Source: an uncultured virus (IMG/VR IMGVR_UViG_3300042308_000967)
Lineage: Duplodnaviria; Heunggongvirae; Uroviricota; Caudoviricetes
DNA length: 64,000 nt
IMG/VR virus record: IMGVR_UViG_3300042308_000967
Coordinates: 1-64,000 of that record
Direction: 5' to 3' (one strand)
Every line of letters starts with the position of its first letter. Position 1 is the stretch's first letter. Below are positions 27,850 to 35,460 of this stretch, piece by piece. The notes beneath the pieces are model-generated. The model was not told the origin of the DNA, did not search any database, and worked only from the letters and a program-made list of their open reading frames with translations. The position numbers and the translations under genes are program-made.

Positions 27850-27926
27850 AACCAAAATCGACCTTTAATTCCATTTAGGTCGAAAAAAATCTCCCGGTAA
27901 AATTCTCACACGATACTTTTTTCAAA

Positions 27927-28133
27927 ATGAATCCTTATCGCATTAACTATAAAGCACTGAAACAAGAACCAGTGAAAACAACACCAGAGAATGTGAAGGA
28001 GGCAAATGAAAACCTGTTTTGTGCTCGTTGGAATTTGCCAACTGCTGCAAAGCACTGTGGAATGAGTGAAAAGGAAATGCGCTTGACATTCTTTGAGTAT
28101 CTGAAGTATAATGATGTAACTTACAAAGTGTAA
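27927..28133 (+). CDS. small hypothetical protein
   Basis: KTTPENVKEANE.LF..WNLPTAAKHCGMS, possibly helix-turn-helix. Confidence 0.7.
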   Translation: MNPYRINYKALKQEPVKTTPENVKEANENLFCARWNLPTAAKHCGMSEKEMRLTFFEYLKYNDVTYKV

Positions 28134-28141
28134 GTTTTTAT

Positions 28142-28423
28142 GGCGGTCTAGCCCAGCGGAAGAGGCAAACGACTTTAACAATTTGAGCACCACAGTTGGA
28201 AACTCTGTGCGTGAATCCTATCAAATTCGGGGAAACCTGTGAAATGGCAATCCCGAGCCAAGCAAGAGAAATCTTGAAGGTGTAGAGAGCAGTAGGTAGG
28301 AACCTAAATCCTTATGGATATGGTTAAGGGGTGCTCCAGACCACAAACAATCTTATGGTTGGTAGTGAAAACTATAGTGGTAAGAAAATCGTTCAAGGGT
28401 GGGTTCGAATCCCACGACCGCTA
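28142..28423 (+). tRNA. trnL: tRNA-Leu(UAA) interrupted by a group I intron (exons 28142-28175 and 28385-28423)
   Basis: Acceptor GGCGGTC/GACCGCT, D arm GCC/GGC, anticodon stem AACGA/TCGTT with spliced loop CTT|AAAA, T arm GTGGG-TTCGAAT-CCCAC, A73, no encoded CCA. Confidence 0.9.
28176..28384 (+). ncRNA. group I self-splicing intron (IC3-like), 209 nt, no ORF
   Basis: Exon 1 ends in U and the intron ends in G. P element AAATTCGGGGAAACC, Q element GGCAATCCCGAGCCAAG, P3 TCCTATC/GGTAGGA, P7 GAGAGCA/TGCTCC, IGS ATTTGAG. Confidence 0.9.
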
Positions 28424-28465
28424 TGAGGTTTATCCTCTAAATAAACAAAAGTAAAGGACTATTCT

Positions 28466-28735
28466 ATGAAATACAGAATAGATGCCAGATACGTTTGGTA
28501 CAATCGTGGGACTCAAATTATTCTCCTGTATTTTGTAAATCAAATTCCTTTTACTTTTGATGAACTCGACGACGAATCTTTATTCGACTTGGAGTTAATC
28601 AAATTAGCAGACAACGAAAGACGCTTTGAACCAGAGGATTTGTACCAATCTTCCTATTATCTTATGTTAGAAGAATGTCATCCTTTGCTTTATGAGTTAG
28701 ATCTGGAAAATCCAGAAATGTTGCCTGTTGATTAA
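28466..28735 (+). CDS. hypothetical protein
   Basis: AAGGA RBS, CTAAATA upstream, IPFTFDEL..YLMLEECHPL. Confidence 0.72.
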   Translation: MKYRIDARYVWYNRGTQIILLYFVNQIPFTFDELDDESLFDLELIKLADNERRFEPEDLYQSSYYLMLEECHPLLYELDLENPEMLPVD

Positions 28736-28740
28736 TTTTT

Positions 28741-28813
28741 GCTCCTAAAGCATTTAGTGGCGATGTACCTGACTTGTAATCAGGAGAGGATGGTTCAATT
28801 CCGTCTGGGAGCT
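28741..28813 (+). tRNA. trnT: tRNA-Thr(UGU)
   Basis: GCTCCTA/TGGGAGC acceptor, anticodon arm CCTGA-CTTGTAA-TCAGG, T arm GATGG-TTCAATT-CCGTC. Confidence 0.9.
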
Positions 28814-28833
28814 TGAGTTCTATAAAACTCCAA

Positions 28834-29004
28834 ATGTCATTAATTTCACAAAAAGACAGAAAAGTTGCTGTTGAAGCACTTGATTTTTACCTATTCAATA
28901 AGGGCACAGACTTTTCTCAAGAGAAAAGAATGGAAGTAAATGCTCTCCTTAATTGGATCAAATTAGAGATTGCTAAAAATGAAGATATCAATCTGGTACT
29001 GTGA
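28834..29004 (+). CDS. small hypothetical protein
   Basis: MSLISQKDR..ALLNWIKLE. ATG 28834 is preferred over the TTG overlapping the tRNA end. Confidence 0.65.
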   Translation: MSLISQKDRKVAVEALDFYLFNKGTDFSQEKRMEVNALLNWIKLEIAKNEDINLVL

Positions 29005-29152
29005 GTCTATGAATCAATGGAGGTGGACCCTCTGTGACTCCTCACGTCCTATTCGTAGGCAAGAATCTGGTCAAAGACCATTTATCCGTGATGCTATGGA
29101 AGACATTGCAAACACTATAGAATATATGTTAGAATGCAAACAAAGTGAGTAA
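28979..29152 (+). CDS. small hypothetical protein
   Basis: MKISIWYCESMNQWRWTL..QESGQ..AMEDIANTIEY. Confidence 0.65.
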   Translation: MKISIWYCESMNQWRWTLCDSSRPIRRQESGQRPFIRDAMEDIANTIEYMLECKQSE

Positions 29153-29161
29153 AAATACTCA

Positions 29162-29815
29162 ATGAAATCAGATTTTTATATAGATAGAGTAGGTAAGGAA
29201 GAAATCAAAGAACTTCTTTATACCTACCATTATCTTAAAGACGAATCAAAGGACTTCAAATCGCATTATAACTATGGCCTTTTCAGATCCTCGGTTTCTG
29301 ATATTTTGCGCGTTGGTGGTTGCTTGGGCAGTTGTATCTTCACTGGTTTACCCGTCCCAGAAATAGCCGTAGGTGCTTTTGGATTAGAAAGAAATCAACA
29401 AGAAGGAATATACGAACTCTCAAGACTTTGTATACATCCAGAAGTCCAGAAAGAAGAGTATAATATCACATCTTGGTTCGTCAGTCGTTGTATAAGGAGA
29501 TTTAGAAAAGATGCCCGCGTTTCTTGTATTCTTAGCTACGCTGATGCTAATCACCACCTTGGAACTATATACAGAGCTTGCAATTTTACTTATCACGGTC
29601 TAACAGATAAGAAATCTGACTTTTGGATTAAGCAACCAAATGGATCATTTATCAAACACTCAAGAGGTCCTATCAAAGGATTAGAAGGTGAGTGGAGAGA
29701 AAGAAGTAGAAAACACAGATACTTGATGATATTTGATAAGGAACTAAAGAAAAAGTTGACATGGGAAGAGCAGAAGTGGTATAATAATCAAGACGATACT
29801 GAATCGTTACAGTGA
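29162..29815 (+). CDS. Mom-like DNA modification protein (GNAT fold)
   Basis: YHYL, YELSRLC, SWFVSRC, ILSYAD..HLGTIYRACNF, KHRY, a Mom-family pattern. Confidence 0.7.
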   Translation: MKSDFYIDRVGKEEIKELLYTYHYLKDESKDFKSHYNYGLFRSSVSDILRVGGCLGSCIFTGLPVPEIAVGAFGLERNQQEGIYELSRLCIHPEVQKEEYNITSWFVSRCIRRFRKDARVSCILSYADANHHLGTIYRACNFTYHGLTDKKSDFWIKQPNGSFIKHSRGPIKGLEGEWRERSRKHRYLMIFDKELKKKLTWEEQKWYNNQDDTESLQ

Positions 29816-29833
29816 CCCAAAAAGTGTGACTTG

Positions 29834-29860
29834 AGAACCTCCCTTGTGGAGGTTTTCTTG
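29834..29860 (+). terminator. intrinsic terminator
   Basis: AACCTCC-CTTGT-GGAGGTT followed by TTCTTG. Late promoter ATAAATA follows. Confidence 0.7.
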
Positions 29861-29891
29861 TATGATAAATACCTAAAAAGTATCTGAAAAG

Positions 29892-31166
29892 ATGGGTATT
29901 CAAATAAACGGAACTACCGATACTATTTCTGCAACTGATGGTGGTTTGGTTGTTTCTGGACAACAACTGACTGGAGTAACCAATCTTCAGATTAGTGGTA
30001 TTACTACAGTTGGTGCTGGATCAACTAGTGCTCCATCAATAACTCCAACAGGAGACAGTAATACCGGAATATTCTTTCCTACTGCTGATACCATTGCATT
30101 TGTTGAAGGTGGCGTAGAGTCCGCAAGGTTTGATAGTAATGGTAGATTTGGCTTGGGAACTTCTGCGCCTAGCGCAACCTTGGATGTTGTCGCCCCTGCT
30201 GGACCTGGTGCCACAAACTTCCGATTTGCTGCTCCAGACAACCACATTCTTAGCTTGCAACGCATTGCTCCTGCTGCAAGCCCAGGTAATTTAAATTTCC
30301 AAGTGTCTACGTTTGGCGCTGGAAATATCAATGCCGATAACACTCTGACACTTCAATCTGGCACTAATACTTCGATTGTTTTTAATACCTCTGGAGCAAA
30401 CGAACGCGCCCGCCTCGACAGCTCCGGCAGATTGTTGGTTGGCGCATCTTCGAGTCGTGCTGTTTCAGACTCTTCAGGAAACGGTCCTCAAGGGCACATA
30501 CAAATCGAATCTGCAAATAGTGGCGCACTAATAAGCATCATCTCGGCTGGCACGGCTGATGCTTTCCGCGCTGGAACTTTAAGTCTCGGACGACACAGAA
30601 ACTCCACAGTAGGCGGCACACCAACAGTAGTTCAAAGCGGAGATACTTTGGGCGCTATTTGCTTTGCGGGCGGAGATGGAACCGACATGCTCGCAAATGG
30701 CGCGTCTATTGTTTGCCAGGTAGACGGCACCCCCGGCGCTGACGACATGCCGGGCAGGCTTGTTTTTTCTACGACGGCCGACGGAGCAAGTCTTCCTACA
30801 GAGCGGATGAGAATCGCTCAAAATGGTGTTATTACTATTCAAAATGGTGCTGTTGCTGTTATTGGTACATTGACTGATGGCGCAACAATTACACCAGATT
30901 TTGCTGCAGATTGTAATTTCACCGTTACGTTGGGTGGATCACGTACAATTGCTAATCCAACCAACATTACCGCCGGACAAAGTGGTAGTATTTTTATTGT
31001 CCAAGATGGAACAGGAAGTCGAACGTTGTCTTGGGGTAGTTCCTGGGATTTCCCTGGCGGCACTGCACCAACCTTAACGACAACTGCTAATGCTGTAGAT
31101 CGTGTCGATTATGTTGTTCGCACCTCTACTTCTATCCATACCGTTTTTACTGCAAACTACTCATGA
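29892..31166 (+). CDS. tail fibre-like protein
   Basis: GSTSAPSI..GDSNTGIFFP, ERARLDSSGRLLVG, PTERMRI modules. C-terminal NFTVTL..QDGTGSRTL..APTLTT domain. Confidence 0.75.
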   Translation: MGIQINGTTDTISATDGGLVVSGQQLTGVTNLQISGITTVGAGSTSAPSITPTGDSNTGIFFPTADTIAFVEGGVESARFDSNGRFGLGTSAPSATLDVVAPAGPGATNFRFAAPDNHILSLQRIAPAASPGNLNFQVSTFGAGNINADNTLTLQSGTNTSIVFNTSGANERARLDSSGRLLVGASSSRAVSDSSGNGPQGHIQIESANSGALISIISAGTADAFRAGTLSLGRHRNSTVGGTPTVVQSGDTLGAICFAGGDGTDMLANGASIVCQVDGTPGADDMPGRLVFSTTADGASLPTERMRIAQNGVITIQNGAVAVIGTLTDGATITPDFAADCNFTVTLGGSRTIANPTNITAGQSGSIFIVQDGTGSRTLSWGSSWDFPGGTAPTLTTTANAVDRVDYVVRTSTSIHTVFTANYS

Positions 31167-33553
31167 GTATCTTTCATAACAACAGTCTTATTGGATCCAG
31201 TGGTCAAGGTGGATATACTATTTCTAGAAGCCTGCGGTTCAACTCAGCCGACTCGGCTTTTCTCAGCCGCACCCCCGCATCAGCCGGCAACCGCAAGACG
31301 TGGACCTGGGCGGGGTGGATGAAGCGGTCCAGCTTTGCCACCTTTCAGATGATTTTCCAGGCTGGAAACGTAAACGCCAGCGAAATATTCCTGTATTTTA
31401 TTGATGGCACTCTGCGTCTTTATCAGGACACCTCAAGCAGCGTCAATTTCAGCGTTGCGACCACAGGCGATCTGAGAGATCCTTCCGCGTGGTATCACTT
31501 TGTTATTGCAGTTGACACAACGCAAGCGACCTCCACGAACAGGGTCAAGCTCTACGTGAATGGCGTTGATCGGACGAACACTGCCGACACGTTCCCCTCA
31601 CTGAACCTGGACACCTACATCAACTCCACGCAGCAGCATTTCATTGGGACTCGCGTCGCCCAGATTCAGTACCTCGGTGCTTACCTTGCCGACATACACT
31701 TCATCGACGGCCAAGCGCTAACCCCCACCAGCTTCGGTGAGTTCTCCGCCACCACCGGCGTGTGGGTGCCGAAGGCGTATACCGGCACCTATGGCACCAA
31801 TGGGTTCCGCCTGACCTTCGCGGACAACTCCGCAGCCACGGCCACCACGCTGGGCAAGGATGCCGCTGGCAGCAACAACTGGACGCCGAACAACCTATCC
31901 GTCACCGCTGGTGCAGGCAACGACAGCCTCGTAGACGTTCCCGTCAACGGCAGCGAGGTTGATACTGGACTCGGGGCGCAGGTGCGGGGGAATTACTGCA
32001 CGTTGAATCCCTTGGACAGAGGGACGGCCGGGGCCGTAGGTATTGTTTTATCCAACGGAAATCTTAACGCTGTTACTCCTTCTGATGCAATTACGAGTGT
32101 ACGTGGAACAATAGGTGTTTCATCCGGCAAGTGGTATTGGGAAGTAACACCAACTGTTGATGGAAGCACGGCGATGATTGGAGTTGGACTGATTTCTGCC
32201 AACTTGAATAGCTATGCAGGCGTAAACGCAAGTTCTTGGGGGTATTACGCCGATGGTAATAAGTACTTTCAAAACATTAGTTCATCCTACGGATCTGCTT
32301 ATGGTAATGGCGACGTAATTGGCGTCGCGCTAGATGTGGATTCTGGAGCTCTGACATTCTATAAGAATGGAGTTAGTCAAGGGCAGGCTTTTACTGGGCT
32401 TAGTGGAACTTTATTCCCAATGCTAGGCGATGGTGGTACAATTGCTGCAGTTGCATTAACCGCCAACTTCGGCCAACGCCCATTCGCCTACACCGCCCCC
32501 AGCGGCTTCAAGGCGCTCTGCACGGCAAACCTGCCCGCACCGACGATTACACAGCCATCCACGGTGATGGATGTGAAGCTCTGGACGGGGAATGGCAGCA
32601 CGCAGACTATTTCGGGATTGGGGTTTAGCCCGGACTTTGTGTGGCTAAAGGGGAGAAGTGTACCCTATCCACATGGCCTGCATGATACCGTTCGCGGAGT
32701 AAACAGATTCCTAATCTCATCAACAACAGATGCCGAGATAGTCAACGAGCAAGATGGCTTTATATCTGCGTTTACTTCAGATGGTTTTACGATCTCTCCG
32801 GGAAGCAGGTCTTCTGCCACTTTTAATCAGAACAGCGCTACCTATGCAGGCTGGTGCTGGGACGCCGGCAGCTCCACCGTCACGAACACACAAGGCTCCA
32901 TCTCTAGTCAGGTGAGGGCTAATGCAAGTGCGGGGTTCTCTATTGTTAAATGGAACGGAACCAGTGCGAACGCCACTATAGGTCACGGACTTGGGATCGC
33001 TCCGCAGTTGATTATTCGTAAATATACAAATGATACTGACGACTGGTACACCTACCATGTAAGCGCCGGCACCAATAAATACTTCAGCCTCAACCGAACC
33101 ACGGAAGCGCTAACAAGCACGAGTATTTGGCAGAATACAGCTCCGACATCCTCCATTTTCTATATCGGTGGCGGCAATAACAATAGCAATTCGATTGCTT
33201 ACTGCTTCGCCCCAGTAGCCGGGTACAGCGCGTTCGGCAGCTACACCGGCAACGGCAGCACGGATGGTCCGTTTGTTTATACAGGGTTTAGGCCGAGGTG
33301 GGTGATGATTAAACGCTCAGATAACGTAGGAAGTTGGGGCATTCTTGATACTGCTAGAAATACTTTTAACGTTCAAGATAAATTACTCTGGTCAAACCTG
33401 TCAGACGCTGAAGGCACATTCACTATTTTTGATGTTCTTTCCAATGGTTTCAAGCTCAGGGAATCAACTAACGGATACAACACGTCTGGTGGCACCTACA
33501 TCTACGCCGCCTTCGCAGAGTCGCCGTTTGGCCTCAACAACCGCGCCCGCTAG
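31163..33553 (+). CDS. ConA/LamG- and SPRY-like domain tail-associated protein
   Basis: SLRFN..KTWTWAGW..WYHFV (LamG-like) and SSGKWYWEV..GDVIGVALD..FYKNG..NFGQRPF (SPRY-like). GC-rich. Confidence 0.75.
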   Translation: MSIFHNNSLIGSSGQGGYTISRSLRFNSADSAFLSRTPASAGNRKTWTWAGWMKRSSFATFQMIFQAGNVNASEIFLYFIDGTLRLYQDTSSSVNFSVATTGDLRDPSAWYHFVIAVDTTQATSTNRVKLYVNGVDRTNTADTFPSLNLDTYINSTQQHFIGTRVAQIQYLGAYLADIHFIDGQALTPTSFGEFSATTGVWVPKAYTGTYGTNGFRLTFADNSAATATTLGKDAAGSNNWTPNNLSVTAGAGNDSLVDVPVNGSEVDTGLGAQVRGNYCTLNPLDRGTAGAVGIVLSNGNLNAVTPSDAITSVRGTIGVSSGKWYWEVTPTVDGSTAMIGVGLISANLNSYAGVNASSWGYYADGNKYFQNISSSYGSAYGNGDVIGVALDVDSGALTFYKNGVSQGQAFTGLSGTLFPMLGDGGTIAAVALTANFGQRPFAYTAPSGFKALCTANLPAPTITQPSTVMDVKLWTGNGSTQTISGLGFSPDFVWLKGRSVPYPHGLHDTVRGVNRFLISSTTDAEIVNEQDGFISAFTSDGFTISPGSRSSATFNQNSATYAGWCWDAGSSTVTNTQGSISSQVRANASAGFSIVKWNGTSANATIGHGLGIAPQLIIRKYTNDTDDWYTYHVSAGTNKYFSLNRTTEALTSTSIWQNTAPTSSIFYIGGGNNNSNSIAYCFAPVAGYSAFGSYTGNGSTDGPFVYTGFRPRWVMIKRSDNVGSWGILDTARNTFNVQDKLLWSNLSDAEGTFTIFDVLSNGFKLRESTNGYNTSGGTYIYAAFAESPFGLNNRAR

Positions 33554-33624
33554 TGCTCGTTAACCCGTCCTCGTAGTGAGCAACAATATAATGTTATCAT
33601 AAATACTCATAAAACTATAAATCA

Positions 33625-34116
33625 ATGTTTATATTAGAAGGAAAACCATTAGCATTGGATACTCCATTTACGACTTCAGATGGAACGCAATATCCAGCAA
33701 ATTGGTTAAGGTTATCTTCACTCGAAGAAAAAGAAGCAATTGGTATCACAGAACAAGCAGATTCTCCAGTTTGGGACCAAAGATATTATTGGGGATATGA
33801 TGCTGATGGTAATCTAATTCCCAAGCAACTTGAAGATGAAGTAGTGACGCCAGAAGGTGGAGAACCATATACTCAAACGGGACTTAAGACACTTCATATT
33901 CAGCAGACAAAAGAAACAGCAAATAAACTTCTTTTACCAACTGATTGGTATATTGTAAGAAAATTTGAAAGAAATATTAATATTCCTACTGATGTTGCAG
34001 AGTATCGTGCAGAAGTAATTGCAGTTTCAGAACAAAGAGAAACTTTAATTTCTTCAGTAACAGCAGTACAAGATTTGGAAAATTTAATTCTTCCCGATTG
34101 GCCACGATTTAATTGA
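33625..34116 (+). CDS. tail-fibre assembly chaperone-like protein
   Basis: YPANWL, LLLPTDWYIVR..YRAEV..WP C-terminus. Follows a fibre gene. Confidence 0.6.
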   Translation: MFILEGKPLALDTPFTTSDGTQYPANWLRLSSLEEKEAIGITEQADSPVWDQRYYWGYDADGNLIPKQLEDEVVTPEGGEPYTQTGLKTLHIQQTKETANKLLLPTDWYIVRKFERNINIPTDVAEYRAEVIAVSEQRETLISSVTAVQDLENLILPDWPRFN

Positions 34117-34146
34117 TATATAAATACTCCAAATTGATTTTTAGTT

Positions 34147-34347
34147 ATGACTGAACAACAAGAACATTTATCACAAGTCATTGAGCAACAAAAACAAGTC
34201 ATCAATGACATCAACAATTTGAATACTCAACTAAATGTAAAAAAAGAACTCCTATATAAACTTCAAGGAGTGATTGAATACCTAGAACAAGTAGGAGTTT
34301 CTCTTCCTCAAGAAGAAACTCCAGAAGAAGAAACAGAAGAATCATAA
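34147..34347 (+). CDS. small coiled-coil protein (paralogue of 50281..50511)
   Basis: MTEQQEHL..KLQGVIEYLEQ.GV.LP. TATAAATA upstream. Confidence 0.75.
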   Translation: MTEQQEHLSQVIEQQKQVINDINNLNTQLNVKKELLYKLQGVIEYLEQVGVSLPQEETPEEETEES

Positions 34348-34457
34348 ATAGTTGCACCTTAATTGACTCGCAATCTATAAGGTAAGAAAGGAAGCAGAAA
34401 TGCTTCCTTTTCTGCTATAATACTAAATAATGATGCGAGTCAATTTAAGTTTCAATG
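34344..34457 (+). ncRNA. structured leader / candidate antisense sRNA module of the HNH endonuclease
   Basis: Order: ATAAATA, stem ACCTTA/TAAGGT, terminator AAAGGAAGCA-GAAA-TGCTTCCTTT, CTAAATA, TGCGAGTCAATT (complement of the first loop), ATG. Confidence 0.6.
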
Positions 34458-35432
34458 AACTATCTAAAAATTTATTGTAACCTCATAAGAAAGCTGAAAA
34501 AAAGAGGTTATACTAAAAAGAAAGCAAAAGAACTTGGAGTGTATGTAGAAGGACATCATACATTTCCTGTGAGCATCTTTGGTAAAAATAAAGGAATTGT
34601 TTATTTGACAGCAAGAGAGCATTATATTGCTCATGCACTTTTGGAAAAAATTTGTATGCAAAGATATGGGTTGATTCATTGGAAAACTAAAAAGATGACA
34701 AATGCTCATATTATTATGGGTGGTAGAGGTAAATATTGCAATTCTTATCTTTATGAAGAATCTAGAAAAAGATATAGTAGAGATAGGTCTGGTGTTCCTA
34801 TGAAAGAATCTAGTAAAATTAAGTTAAGAAATTATAGACTTGGAGCAAAACAATCTGTGGAATCTATAGAGAGAAGAAGACAAAAAAATATCGGCAAAAA
34901 AAGGACGGAAGATCAAAAATCAAGAATGTCTAAAGCGCAGAAAGGACTGAAGAAGTGTTTATTGAAAGTTGAAGAATTAGAATTTAAAAATAAATTTATT
35001 GATACAGTAGAAACTTCAAAAACCAAAAAAGAAATTATAGTTAAATTGGGAATGAACCCAAACAATGGAAGTTCTTTTGAGTCTATTGATAAGTGGTGTA
35101 ACTTTTTGAATTTAGATACAACTCACTTAATTGGTGCTGGTATTAATAAAGATAAAAAACACACCGAAGAAACCAGAGAAAGAATGGTAATTTCGAGAAG
35201 GGGTAAATTAAAAAGTGAAGAACATAAAAAGAGTATAAAATTATCAAATTGCAAATACGTTTATACATTTACTTCTCCACAAGGAATTATATTAGAAACA
35301 GTATTGTATACTGATTTTTGTGAGGAAAATGATTTGAATAAATGTAAAATAAGAGAAGTTGCAAGAGGTGTCAGAACTCATCATAAAGGTTGGAGAGTTA
35401 CGAGAAGACTAATAACTAAAGACGATAAATAA
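34455..35432 (+). CDS. HNH homing endonuclease with NUMOD3-type repeats
   Basis: MNYLKIY, EGHHTFP..IVYLTAREHYIAHALL, KKRTEDQKSRMSKAQKG and HTEETRERM repeats, HHKGW. Confidence 0.85.
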   Translation: MNYLKIYCNLIRKLKKRGYTKKKAKELGVYVEGHHTFPVSIFGKNKGIVYLTAREHYIAHALLEKICMQRYGLIHWKTKKMTNAHIIMGGRGKYCNSYLYEESRKRYSRDRSGVPMKESSKIKLRNYRLGAKQSVESIERRRQKNIGKKRTEDQKSRMSKAQKGLKKCLLKVEELEFKNKFIDTVETSKTKKEIIVKLGMNPNNGSSFESIDKWCNFLNLDTTHLIGAGINKDKKHTEETRERMVISRRGKLKSEEHKKSIKLSNCKYVYTFTSPQGIILETVLYTDFCEENDLNKCKIREVARGVRTHHKGWRVTRRLITKDDK

Positions 35433-35460
35433 TTCATAACGGAATTTATAAGTTAATAAA

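Noticed and set aside
31229..33553. Assembly chimera or host contamination as the cause of the GC-rich tracts
   Set aside because: The switches are in frame at conserved protein motifs in three separate genes. Not fully excluded without read mapping.
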